NCBI GenBank assembly: GCA_032718475.1
Contig: JAUCBJ010008552.1
Location: 1-56,532, forward strand
From: Nemertoderma westbladi
Taxonomy: Eukaryota; Animalia; Xenacoelomorpha
DNA: 56,532 nt
Direction of reading: 5' to 3'
The position numbers and the translations under genes are program-made. Of the stretch, positions 20,762-34,137 are shown piece after piece (position 1 is the stretch's first letter; every line of letters starts with the position of its first letter). A model generated the notes under the pieces. That model had not been told where the DNA came from and made no database searches. It saw only the letters and a program-made list of their open reading frames with translations.

Positions 20762-22312
20762 ATGACTGAGTTGATAGAAGATGATCTTGGTATCAAGGAG
20801 CGATATACCCTACCATTGCAAGCGTTTGTTGATAGTTTAATACGCGGCGACGCTAGTCCACCCACTACGGAGGACGATGGCCGTTATATCGAACCGCCAA
20901 TGTCAAAGGAACAACTCACGCGTGAATTGGACTATAGAAAATTCACCGCTCGCTATACGCATCGTAATGGTACGTATATGGACTTCTTAACTACTGGCCA
21001 TCCTATCGATTTACACGATATGGACGATGTAGACACCGAAAGGGAAATGATCCTATTTAAATATCATACCTAGCGGAGTCGGAATGACAAACTGAGAATC
21101 GAACACGAAAATTCTATTCGAAACCAACTCGAAAGAGAAGACATTAAAGAACCGGATAAACGCAGTGACTTCAACGTATATTTGGAATTCTTGAGAGAGA
21201 CGTTGTAAAACTGGAGAAAGATCACCCGCTTTCCCCTACAAGACGTGCGTCTTTGGTATTATTACGATGAATGCCCTAGACCCAACCAACAAAAGGAAAG
21301 ACAAACATCCGCGGAGACGTTGCGCTAAACACACTTTTACTCGCTATATTTACGGGAGTTTCGAGCGAAACTTGTTCGACGTATAACCTACGCTTGCTCG
21401 ACTCAAACGATCCTTAAATAAACCTATGATCAGAGTTCCGGAATACTCGGTCAGGCCTCCTCACTCCCTGGTGAGACCTCAGACTCTTGATCCTAATAGT
21501 ATCACAGATCCTCCTGAGCTGTACTCATTGTTCAAAGATCTAGTGTTACCCGAACAATTAGTCGGTGGCACTCCGGTTGTGGGCTCCCTAGATATTCGCC
21601 CATCCTACCTAGCTGGATTGGGACGCGGATACCTAATATCGCCATTCAACCCGCATAATCGTCCCGATCTAACCCCGATACAACCTGTCACCGAGGTGGA
21701 GGAGAGAGTTGTACGCAATGCGTTAGACACTATTCGTCAAAAGATCGGAAAAGGAACCTACGATTGTTCAGAGAAACGTAAATTGTAGCAGCAAGTCCAA
21801 GCGGTAAACGAATTAGCTTTATCTCAGTTCAATCGGGAAATCCAGAATCTCTAAGAAGATATCGAACTTGGACGACCCTACTCTCTGCAAGAGTTTTGGA
21901 TGAATGCTTCCAACGACAAGCGGAGGAAAATCAGCTCGAGGAGAAGCATATTGATTCCGATAGAGCCCGAGAACGCGAGTCGAAAAGAACCATCAAACCG
22001 AGGAAATTTCTCACTACACACGGTCCACCTACCGCTCTCGTGCAAACGACCCGTCAGGAACCAGTAAGAGCTGCTGTCTTAAAACGCGCTCTCAAGGTTG
22101 TTCGACCTCATTCAACTGAGGTTGATACCGATCAACCGGGTATCTCGACCAGCGGATACACCGACCGTAATCCTAAACCTTCCGATGCAATTGTATTGCA
22201 CCCTTCACCCAGGAGTTATAGCCCTCCTAGTAAAGTGGCTCGCCCCAAAGAGAAAAGGACTCTTGCTAGCCTCAAAAAACTGCGTAAACGCCGTCCGCGT
22301 AAGAAAGACTAG
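20762..22312 (+). pseudogene. Decayed 3' accessory ORF region of LTR element 2
   Basis: Frame from ATG 20762 reads through TAG 21071 and further stops to ~21421; second frame from ATG 21426; basic tail 21896-22312; head and tail homologous to element 1. Confidence 0.7.
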
Positions 22313-22390
22313 CTGTTTAGAGTATTTTTATATTTTAGAAACTGTGATTTTTTATATTTTATAGAATTAAATCCCATTTTCTGGGAGCGG

Positions 22391-23589
22391 TGTAAAAGCT
22401 TTTGCGGATATAACCAGTCATTTTTCTCCGCAATGAACTGTTTAGTTGTTTTAGCGGACATAACCAGCCATTTTCTCCGCAATGTACCCTGTAGGTGTTT
22501 TAGCGGACATAACAAGCCATTTTATGCCGCAATACGCCAAATACTCTAAATAGAGTGTAGTTCAGATGACGAAATCTGTCAGCTGATTTGCTGTCGATGT
22601 GGAACTTTCTTTGTTCGGCTCGCTCGACCAATCAGAGCGATTTTCATTTTATCTTGCACAGAAGCCTACGGAAAACCGGGCAATGCATTACGGTCTTTGT
22701 TTACCTTTCTGAGCGAGAACAACTGCTTGGAAATTCTTCTGTACTTCTGTGTTGGAAGTTTCAGACTTTGACCTAAACATCAGAAACATCAGATGGCTTT
22801 GATTACAAGAACGTAAAACTATTAACGCGGCACTACGCAACGCGATTCAACTACCGCATCACACCGCAATTCATGCATTGCTGCACATGGAACACTGCAT
22901 AAGTAACACATACTGACTGTTCACCGCATTATTTGATTCTGTTATAAATTGGTGTTATGTTGGTGTATATTGCTGATATATTTGGAGAATACCGATGAAT
23001 AATCATAAAACCCCCAATCTTCTTGATTACTAAAGGTTAGAGGAACAGGTTTACCGGTAGCAACTGCGACTTACATTATAGTGGTTTTTGTGTAAATTGA
23101 ATGCTATTTCATAATCCCTAAATGTGTCAGTTGCGATCCTCCTTATATATGATCAAATTCAGTGACGGTCAGCAGATCAGTGCGCAGTAGTGTGAACTAG
23201 TGTGAAGTCGTGTGAAGTAGTGTGAAGGTTAATAAAGCATCTCCTAAAGAATGCGCTTTTTACGAAACTCAGTAGCCATCCAGTTGTGATTAGTATAAGT
23301 CATAACTCTGTTTTATACTTAAAGCGCCACGTCCTAAAGGAACTGTTAATATTTCCCCGAAAGTAAATATATTGTCAGAGATTATATATTAACGATCAAT
23401 CGAATAATACAGTAGGTCTACACTGCAATCACTATCAAAGCATCCGAATCCAGTCTCCCTTAACTGTGGGTGAATGGTCGCGCACAGGCTGGCATCGGCT
23501 GATGTAACTTCAGTACATTAAATAATTGATAAACAAAAAGACAATTAAAATTGGCAGGTTAAACTGCTAAAGGTCTAAAAGCGCGAACA
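22391..23589 (+). repeat. 3' LTR of element 2
   Basis: TGTAAAAGC...GCGCGAACA, preceded by the PPT and followed by TSD ATTTA. Confidence 0.95.
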
Positions 23590-23652
23590 ATTTATTTAAT
23601 TGCGTCCAAGTTTTATTAATGTTTTGTCCTTGACAGTTGTGGGCTTCCGTAA

Positions 23653-24114
23653 TTGCGGTTATTATGGTGTCATAACATTGGCCTTTTACCTGATTTTGAA
23701 TGTGGCACCGATACCAACCAACCTGCAGCTGCAATATTCACCAGCATTCAGAAAGTGCTGGATATTGAACTGAGCTCAATGAAGAAACTTATTCTAATTA
23801 CTGATTCGCCAAAGGGACAATATCTCAGTAAATTTACTCTTCATTTATTCCATAAATATGCAAAGGAGAAGGATATTGAGCTAAGATGGATATTCACGGA
23901 AGCAGTACATGGGAAGGGTCCCTCGGATGGCATTGGTGATGCAGTCAAACGCATGCTGGAAAGAGTTATCGGAATGCAGGTTGCCAGTCCAACAGCCAAT
24001 CTTAACACAATTGCAGAGCTGGTGCGGGAGCGAATGAACATTAAACTTGTTGTAGTTGATACTGCCGGCATTGAAACGAGCTGGACCCTTCTCCTCCCTC
24101 CATTGTTGGAATAG
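23653..24114 (+). pseudogene. DDD/E transposase fragment, Sola2-like
   Basis: ITDSPKGQYLSK ... WIFTEAVHGKGPSDGIGDAVKR motifs; family assignment from memory of the HGKGPxDG signature. Confidence 0.6.
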
Positions 24115-24629
24115 GAAAAGCCTATGAATTTATCAACTGGATGAGATTTATCTCAAAAACCTGTCATGTTTAGTGCCATGCGCATTGCGATGCTTTGACG
24201 ATGCTACTAAGATATTGGACATCAATCCGGTGATCGTTACTGGATTTGATGATACAGGAGTTGAGGACACGGGATTTGACGACTTCATAGATGAGCTGGA
24301 TCCTCTACTCAACTCAACTCAAGATGATTAACTGACCGATTGTGACTCTGAAAATTGCGATTTATCTCTTATTAGAGTTTAAATAAATTCACTAAAATAC
24401 CTGTTATAATAATAATATAATATGTAATAAATATTCTTTATAAATAATGAATATTACTAATTTCATTTTTTAATGTTTAATACCTGTAATAAATATTACA
24501 CCGTGGGGAGGGTACGTTTGGTAGTTAGTATTTTACACGTCAATTTAATGTGTAAAATTACAGGTGCAGACAATGCTTCTAGTGTTGGCCTTTTTGTTAA
24601 CTCCATGTGACCAAAGTTTTGATAGTTAA

Positions 24630-26397
24630 CCCTATTAGTACCAGGCTATAAAATGATGTACAAATACTGACCAAATACTGAAAATATTGACCCCTGTGCG
24701 TGGATTTCACTAAACTGGATCAGAACGAAAAAAAAAATTTGAAAAAATTTACTGGGTTGGTTATTTGACAGCACCAAAATTTAAATAGTAGTGAACACTT
24801 TTTTAAAAAATTTGGAAGCCACAATTTTCATCTAATCTTTTTTTAATACAGGTTTTTCTAAGGCGCTGAATCCGTTGGAAAATAAAAAAATTTCTGATTA
24901 CTATTGTAGAATGGAGATTGCAATTGAGGGCCTAACTGACCAGGGATCGGGGAAAAGCAGTGGATAACGAGAGAACAGTGGACGGTAGAGTCAGTATGGC
25001 AGTAGCGGATATAACGGGAGTCTGATTTATTGGTATAGTGTTGTTGGTGTACCGTAGGCCTACTGGTATTGTACATACCTGACTACCTGAGATATTGTAT
25101 ACTGGTATTGCAATGTTTGCTTGTAATATGATTTATTGTATCGTTATTTGAATGGTGAATAGATGAATGTAAAGATGTTGCTGTACTGTTGTTGATTTTA
25201 CAATATAAATGGCAGTTTTAGTCTTCGTCTTCTATGTCGGAAAAAAATGAAAAAAACAAGTAATCAGCACTTTTCAGTTTGAACACAAACATTTTAATTG
25301 ACTTATATGATGCTATAAATTCACATTTTCAGGTTTTCTGTGGCACTGATTCTTATGGAATACATTTCTGATTCTCCAGATCATTGTTACTCTTATTTTT
25401 CGGCGTCAAATTGAAAATTTTGGTGCTAGCACTAAATTTCATACCCATCACCAAAAAGTATAACATTGAGATGTCTAGTGCTGTTATTATTGATTCCATC
25501 TGATTCAGGACCCCCATAAGCCCTTTAATACAAAACAAGATGATACTATCTCTTGATCAATTTTCTAGTTTTCAAAAATTTGGTGCTGGCACAAAAATTT
25601 TCACCCATCACCGAAAAATACAAGTTTGATAACGCTTATGCAATTTTTGCTTATTCCATTGAATTCAGCACACTCACAAACCCGTATAACCAAGAAACAT
25701 GGTGACATAATCAATTGATATATTTGATGGGTTTAAAATTTGGTGCTTGCACCAAATTTTGCACTTTACGAAAAATACATGATTTAGATGTCTAGTTAGA
25801 TAATTATTTATTGCATTGAATTCAGAACCCCCATAAACCTCTAAAATGCGAGAAATAGATTGTAACAATCAATTTAACTATTGAATGGATTTTCAAAATT
25901 TCGTGCATAAAGCACCCAAAAATTCAAGTTTGATATTCCTGGTGCAAATCGTAAATATTCCATCGAAACCAGAACCCCCATTGCGCAAAAACAGATTCAA
26001 AACTTATTTTCAAAATTGAAATATTTTAAAACGTTACAGAATAACCGGAAAAAACAAGTTTGAAATTTATAGCTTATTTTATATGAATTCCATCTAATTG
26101 CGAACACCAAAAATCCGGTCTAAATAAAAAATAGAGATGTTACAAATCATATTTCATGAGATGTAATTTTCAAAAAACTTCTAAAAAAGTGCCAAAAGTA
26201 GGGTTAAATCATGGTGAGACTATAACTCGAAAACTTCTCAATATTTTTAAAACCTGTTTTCACTAGTATTAGGAAGACAATAAATTTTTAGGAAAGTCAT
26301 AAAATTGCAGATTCCCAGCTGATTTTGTTTCAGAGATATAACAGAAAACCAGGGGGGGGGGGGGGTCAATTGACCCCCCCCTCCTGGTTTAATAGGA
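24630..26397. mobile_element. Non-autonomous piggyBac-type element
   Basis: TTAA|CCCTATTAGTACCAGG ... CCTGGTTTAATAGGA|TTAA; the intact LINE has a single TTAA at the matching site (~37155). Confidence 0.85.
25410..26110. repeat. Diverged 160-bp tandem array (4-5 units) inside the piggyBac MITE
   Basis: AAAATTTGGTGC-like anchor recurs at 25421, 25581, 25741 and 25901. Confidence 0.8.
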
Positions 26398-27230
26398 TTA
26401 ACTTTGACAATTCTCAGATAATGTCTAATAGTATGATCATAACTTCTAAGAATGGTATGGTTGTTTATGTCGGCGACTTCTTACTTTCCGAATCAATGAT
26501 CCGGAAGTCTGGTAGGCCTTCAGATACGTAATCGGAATGCATGGGTATCATTGAATGTTCTATCCATGATTTGGAATTCACATAAAATATGTCAAAAACC
26601 TAAGTTTCGAAAATTTTGAACAGCAGTAGTACCAGTACTCGCAGAGGACACCATGTGGATGGCACATACCCAAGAATGCTACGTCAAGTTACTTCACTGT
26701 GTCAACACTATGCAGCATTGGGGGTGTCTCATTGGTCCCCACAAGCTCAAAAATTAACGAAGCCATCTCCACCATATGGGACATTGCTTTCGCCTTGAGG
26801 ACCATCCTGTGCACTCATGGAGACAATGATGGAGAAAATCCCTCATGAAGAAAATATGCATGGTGGACAGCCTATGACTTTCTTAAAGGTCACTGGCCTC
26901 AATGATGTGGAGAATCTTGGAAGAGTCATTGGGGTATAGGGAGTTGTGGCAGAGCATAATTTAGTCAATAAATCAGTATGGTATTCTTAATGCACACTGC
27001 ATTGCAACATGCTAATTGTGGATTGCATGGTGGTGGCATAATTAAGTCAGCTTAGCCATCTCATTGAGTAATAGTAATAGTAGACAGCTTTACATATTAG
27101 TGCAGCCCATGGAACCACAACATCGGGCCTGCCCGATCATGCAGTTTCCTTCTGCAGTCTATTTTTATTAGTTAAAGATTGTATGGTGTATTATATTTTC
27201 GGAAGTTCTGATCATATTCCTATTTAGTGT

Positions 27231-27700
27231 AATTTAAATGCAATTTATGCATGATTGGTGAAAGGCCACACCCGATGATCTCTACAGTCACCCAAATACA
27301 TTACATTAATTGTCATACATACTGTACATTAATTGTCACAGATTGACACGTTTTGCCTTAGTTCTGATAACTGTAACTGTAACTCATCTCTGTATACAAC
27401 TCATGAGTTGTGCACTGATGCTTTGCTTATTACAATTGTGTTTCGCAAGTTGTGATCAAATTCCTATTTTGTGTCTCTATTCCTATTATTAATATAGAAA
27501 TATTCCTGTCAGTTTAAATGAAAATTTAATGCGTGAGTGGTCAAAGGCCACACCCGATCATCTCTCCCAGTTACGCAAATACTCTTACTTCACTCCTGGC
27601 CCAGATTGACACATTTTGCTTTGTTCTGATAACTGTAATTCAACTCTGAATACAACTCATGAACCAAACGTGTATTGATGCTTTGTTTATTACAATTAAT
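27231..27700. repeat. ~280-bp-period diverged direct repeat
   Basis: AAAGGCCACACCCGAT..CAGATTGACAC..GTTCTGATAACTGTAA..ATACAACTCATGA repeated at ~27260 and ~27543. Confidence 0.8.
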
Positions 27701-28701
27701 TGTGTTGTTATTACAATTAGTACAATTGTTTATTACAACAATGTGGTTATCGGCTAAGAATATCTTGGGTATTCTCCTAGATTCAGAGGCCCAATCTCAA
27801 AACTTTCAACAAACACTCAAAGTAAGAGCGACCAATCAATGGGAGAGTTGTGACACATTCGTACACTTGAAATGTTAATGTAGGAAAATCAGTAATTCAT
27901 TCTTTATCAGAAACAGTTATGTGCCAAGTTTTATCTGCAAATATCTGTATTATCATATCACCGAACTTACATTCATGATGCAATCTTAGAAACATATATC
28001 AACGAATCATTCCTCACATCGCCTTTGCAAACTCCAAGCTATGCATTTTTTTAATATAATAAAAATGAAATTAACATAATTAGTACAGTAGAATTAACAA
28101 GTATGGGCATGCACCTAAGGTAGAATATGTACCGTACTTAGATTGCTCTCTGGATGGGTCCCAGTAGTCGTCTGAATGGCCGGGTGACTCACTTCACTGG
28201 ATTCCTCCCACAAAGGGAGGACAAACTGGGCTTCTGCAGAGCCAGAGCCTAATCTTTATCTATCTTTATAGATAAATATAGAGCCCCCTTCTGTAGGCTG
28301 GTGGAGTGAGTCACTACCTCCTTGAACTGGATATATTAGGTAATACACTAATAACAGCCTTGTAAGACTTCTTATTGCTGTACTGTAGCCTACATCACAT
28401 AATTTGTTTTCTAAAAAAAAATATGTTGAGGAAAACGATGCATGACAGGCATAACACCAATACAGTAATAAAGATACCGCGGTACATTAGTAAGAACAAC
28501 CCACTGAGTGCAGCAGCATAACACTACTGTTTCAGTGTTTTTCGAGCTGATGCCCACCACCATTAAACTCCTCGAGTGTTAGCAGATCCAATCCGCCATG
28601 CGCTCCGATCACAAAATGGGGGGGGGGGGGGGGGGGGGGGTGCAATTTACTAATATTTGGCAGAAGAAATAATATCAGGCTGTAAGTTAGCTAAGTAAGT
28701 T

Positions 28702-30424
28702 AAGATTAAGGCTGAATCACCAGCCGATCGCCTCAATGGTTGGAAGGCCCACTTTGAAAAGCTCCTCAATAATGACAGGGTATTGCGTGATAACTTTATA
28801 GAAGTAAAAGTGTCTGAGTATGTACTCCCAGATATTCCCATTGGCGATATCTTCTTTGCAGAAATGAAGGCTGCTGCAACTACTACTACTAGGATCGGCA
28901 TGCTGCATTGCAGCTGCATTTTTAAGAATGCTGTGCCGGCTTGTCAACAAAATTGCACCGCCACAACTCCCTAGCACCCATGACATTTGCTAGATCATCC
29001 GCATCTTCAAGGCCAGTGTCCTTTAAGATGCGTCTCAAGAAAGTCATGGGCTGTCCACCATGCTTATTCACTCCATGAGGCTGCCAAAGTACAAGATTAT
29101 GCACTGGCTGGTCCTCACGGCGAAAGCAATGTCCTGCAAAGCGGAGGCGATTTTGTTCTAGTGTCAAGCTTGGGGGAACCAATGAGACACCTCCAATGTT
29201 ATATAGTGTCTGGTTGGAGATGTGTGCATTGTACTTGACGCAATGAACCCGGCGTAGCATTCTTGTGAATGTGCCATCCAGAGATTTGGTGTCCTCAGCA
29301 GTTAGAGCCCAGTATGGACTCCCGTAGAGGAGTACTGGAACTACTGCTGCTCTAAATAATCGGACCTTAAGTTTCCGATTAATTCTCGGTGACTTCCAAA
29401 TCCTGAAAGCCTATTCAAGGCTGCCCATGCCTTTCCCTTACGTATTCTGACTTCCGGATCCATGATCCCAGGTAACAGAAGTCGTCCACATGCTCAAGCA
29501 TACCATCCTTTGAGCTTATGCTCATCCGATCAGAGACTTGCTGAGGACTTTCAAAGTTAACTGTCAAAATTTTGGTCTTTCTGGAGTTAATAAAAAGACC
29601 AACACTAGAAGCAGCATGTTCTAATGAGCTGAGGAGCCGTTGGGCTCCCTCTAATGATTCTGAGAGTACACCTAAGTCATCAGCAAAGTCTAGATCAGTT
29701 AGGTACTTGGTAGGATTTCCTCGACTTCTGGATCCAGTAGGTGGAGTTATCACCCCATCATCATTATGGTGATCTAAGGACATGCGTAGAACATAGTCAA
29801 CCACAATAATGAACAAGAATGGTGCAAGTGTGTCTCCTTGGAGGACGCCCCATAACACTTCAAATGGTTCTGTGTCACCGTCAACAGTAGACACAAATGT
29901 TGTCGAACCATCGTATACTGATCTGATTGCTGCAATAATTTCTTCAGGAATCCCATATAATGAAAGTATGCTGAACATACGTGGGCGAGAGACTGAATCA
30001 AAGGCCTTGAAGAAGTCAACAAAGATAACAGCCAGATGCCTGTCTTTCTTTTTTGATAATTCTTCAATTATCCTTCTAAGTGCCAAAATGGGCTCCATGG
30101 TCCCACGACCTTTACGGAACCCATTCTGATCTCCACGGAGCAGTCTCTCAATGGGATACCTGATGCGATTTAATAGAATCCTATTGTATAGCTTTGCAGC
30201 AATCGAGATCAATGAGATTCCCCGAAAAGAACCATAGAGTGTTAGGTTGCCCTTCTTGGGAACTGGCACCAACTTATTTGTTTTCATTTCTTGTGGGACT
30301 CTTGTTGTTCGGTACATGTCTACTATGATGGGATAGATGAGCTTTAAACACTCAGGTATTTTAAAGACCTCAGGGGGAACACCATCTACTCCACTGGCAT
30401 GATTTGTCTTAATGCTCTTTGCAG
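28702..30424 (-). mobile_element. Rearranged RTE LINE copy (plus-strand piece 28702-28879 followed by inverted 3' half 28879-30424)
   Basis: Plus piece matches 36152-36329; minus piece matches 36324 to the (TAG)n tail; 13-bp deletion near 29447. Confidence 0.9.
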
Positions 30425-33400
30425 TTGCTCAATTGCTCTTAATGTTCGATAGCTGCTACCCCGAAGTAAGGGTGGGTGGGCGCACTCCTCTCCTATACTA
30501 AATTAATTAATAACTAATAATTACGGATAACCTAGGCAGATATATATATTTTTGTTTTTCTTTGCATTACCCGTATATGCTAAAAGTGCTTACTCTGTTC
30601 TGGGTGATAGCCCGTGGACGTGTACAGTACTGACTGTATATCAACATTGTGTTAGTAGGGCTTCGGCTATTGTACATGTACATTATTAACACCCATGTGC
30701 ATTGCATATACTATAAAGTATACATACATACACATACACACACACCCCTGTATATAACAGGATATTGGTGGGCCTTACAGTATACTAATCCCTAGAGGCA
30801 AGGAAGTTGTTTATACTGTTCTGTCATAAGCCAGCAAGCATGAAAGAATGAAGTCCGCAGCCTATCCTTATAGCCTACAGTCAAATCCTTAAGAATGCCG
30901 ATAATTTCTACATTACAGATTCCATTGGAATGGCAACAACAATGCATTATTTGGGTTCGTTTGGGTTGGGTAACTTCCTATTTCTTAATAAAAAAATAAA
31001 TACCGGTTTCAACATAACTACGGTTCTAAACTGATATGGATAAAAACACTGACATTTTATTTATTGAATAGCGCTCCAGTAGTGACTAATTCGTAAATTA
31101 TTAGTCCCAAATATCACAGCACCCATATTTCACGACCACCAATATGATATAATTAGCCTGTTATTCCTTTTTCAATATTCTCTCAACCCTATGTCAACCC
31201 CACTGGGGCTCAGTAGGTAAATAAAAAACCTTGAGAATAGTGAAAAAAAAGTAGACTTATTTCCGAATATAAGTACTGATATAGCCATTCTTGTCTATAT
31301 GAATTATGGATTACGGAAGCCCGTCACTTCATTACTTCTGTCAATAATGAAATGTCAAATATATTTGGTAGAAACTTTGTGACTTCGGTAAGACAACGGT
31401 GTTCTTGTGCCCTATCACCTGTTACAGATGCCAGTCAAGCTTTAAGGTAGACGTAATACAAAATCAACACAATTGGAAACCCATGTAGTAAACGGAATAT
31501 TGAGAATATGCTATGGTATGTAATTAATACATCGTTACAGTGCTGTGGAAGAAACATAATGTTGGTATGTAACACTATTCAAGTCAAACGGGATCGATTT
31601 GAGTCAAAGGGAGCTGGAGTCATTTTTGTGCAATCATGTGGTACAACTCTTACATTGATTGCCTGTTTGACTGGAGTTACTGTTTCTCTTTATGATAATG
31701 GAAGAATCCCTTCACATTAACTGCTAAACAATGAGCTCAAGGTACTTCTGCTTAAACGTGATTATGGCAGTAAAGGATCAGCATATGTTAACAAGGTGCT
31801 GTATCATACTGCCTCTCATGCGCCTGGCATCCATTTGCCTCTTACGTACATAGAAGAACTACCCTTCCCGAGGAACTTCTGGTACATGAAGGCTAATGAC
31901 AGCGTCGTTGGTGCTGTTGTTTGTTGTTGTGGCCCCATATTAACGTTTCTTCTAGGCTTATATTTTTCACAATTATACTAACGTCACTCAACGTTCGTAT
32001 ATGTCAGGATCAACTCAAATACATTATTGCCTCGTCAGTCATGATATGACTCCTACAGCAAACATGTAACGATATGCCTCCCTGCGAACTACTGCCCTGA
32101 CAATACTAAGTATGACTGACACCTACTGCAAACATTAGTTATCCTGCATTAACCGAATGTTGGGAATGTTCCGATGTATAATCCTACTTGATAGTTGCTG
32201 TGCAGTAGATCAATAACACTGTACATACATTTACGATCGATACAAGTCATGAAGTTTAATTAATCTCCAATAGTAAGAATCTAAAAAATGAGCATGTTAC
32301 GGGGTATTATTAAATTTAGTTAGCTTCTATTCTGTTACGCTAAGTTCATCTAAAAAAGATCTGTTAAATTACATATGTTTATTCAATTTTATTCAGTTCC
32401 ATGTTTGCATTTCGTGTATGTTAAATTCATAATAACAAAATTTAAATCGTTCAATTAACATCCACTCATGATAAGTGTTGATAGACCCGTGGTCAGAGAG
32501 AAGATCAGCCTTTTTGGCGTAGGTAGACATCAATGTTAAACGGAATTGTTTATTGCTTGCTACATATAAGAGAAAAATAATATAACATAAATTATCATTC
32601 AAATATGGCATACTTTTAGTATTTTAATTGCCTTATATTTTTTATTGAAAAATCGGGTAATATTTAATATTAAATTAAAATTTTTTATAGAATTATCTTC
32701 ACTGCAAAATAATATTTATTAAGTACATGTTTAAGCACTTTATAATACAAAGTGAAGGAGAAATGTTGCGTGGTCCCGCGCCCGTGCCCGGGTAGGACTA
32801 GGACTATTAAGTGAACATAAAGTAGATAACAGTAAGCCGATATTTTACTTCCTACATCGCAGTAATTCTTCAAGCTTATGGTGGCCATGCGCGGATTCTA
32901 ATTATGTAACACAATATGTAACACAAAATAGCTGAGATATTATTATATTTGTATATTGTAAATAAATATTTCATTAATTTTGTGAGTAGATTCCGTCGGG
33001 TCTGATTTGTTCGGAATCCCTCTACGACTCCAGTGTGTGCACTCATCTGATAATATATACCGCCTTGTCTCAATCAAGTTCACTCTGGTCTTGACCAGGG
33101 GTCCTGCCGTCGGTAAATCTATGGGAATAAAATTAATAATTTTGCGAAAAATTAATATTATTGCGATAAAATTAATATTATTGTGAAAAAATTATATTGA
33201 ATAAAAATTTAAAGAAAAAACGTTTTTTGTGAAGATGGTCCGAGTAGACCTACAACACCTAAACCTACAACTACAGTATGGTAGTTGCACCTCCAGTTGT
33301 ATTAAACGGGCGGCGATTGATTGATTGGCTACTTATTTGAATCACTGTTTTTTTTTTATATTCCTTAATTATTTTTAAACTAGTTTCTATGAATAATACA

Positions 33401-34137
33401 GTACATTATTCGGAATATTTAAAGTAAATAAAATAATAAATGCACATAAACTAACTACACAATGACTCAGATGACAAAGTGACTCAAATTGAACACCTTA
33501 CAGACTGTGAAAATAATAACAATAGTAACTGAATCTACCTCGCGAATAAAGTACAACGCACATGCAGAGATAACAATTGTATATCAAATGAGTCTCTTTT
33601 TAATAATATTTCAAAATACTTGTTGTGTAGCAAGTAAACAAATATTGGTTATCATTGCACTACTTATTTTAACTTATAACTTAAGTTAATTTTATCAGTT
33701 AATAACTAAAACTTTAATAGTTCTGACAACACTTGTAGAGCCTGCCTGATGTGGTTACACAGACTGTTGAACCACACCAGCCCTAGAAGCACTGTTTGAC
33801 ACCCCCTACCCTCCCCCCCCCTATCCTATTAAGGTGCCCCTGTGGACGATATAGTTTAAGTTTAGTCTCTCGTCCACTCAGGTACTCATTCTGCCCTTTG
33901 CTCCAAATGAATCGATTCCATAAAATGTGTAGAACAATTGAAAAGGTAGCCTATATTTACGCATTTTTTGTAATAGTGAACACTTTGACAATCAGTGGGG
34001 GTACTCCGTAGGCATTCATTCTACTTCAGGTACATCACGTCAAAAATAGTATTTTACGTTTCGATCAATGAATTTCTCTTAAAGTTTTCATAGTTTTGTA
34101 AGTGTTAGATACTACAGTAGTGAATTGTTAAATTAAT

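Larger units (their letters stand above)
11856..23589 (+). mobile_element. BEL/Pao LTR retrotransposon 2, complete but non-autonomous (no RT, no integrase)
   Basis: Paired 1199-bp LTRs, 5-bp TSD ATTTA (11851-11855, 23590-23594), PPT GGGAGCGG at 22383-22390, BEL-type gag-protease ORF. Confidence 0.95.
24572..27015 (+). mobile_element. Old degraded copy of the RTE LINE, split by a piggyBac-type MITE
   Basis: 24572-24629 and 26398-27015 match consecutive segments of 37100-37830 with many substitutions and deletions. Confidence 0.8.

Noticed and set aside
28240-28292. Second P-type footprint (TTTATCTAT/ATAGATAAA between AGAGCC repeats)
   Set aside because: Arms and duplication too degenerate to support.
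32750-33125. Possible tRNA/5S-derived SINE or ncRNA in a GC-richer patch
   Set aside because: No cloverleaf or convincing A/B boxes could be built.
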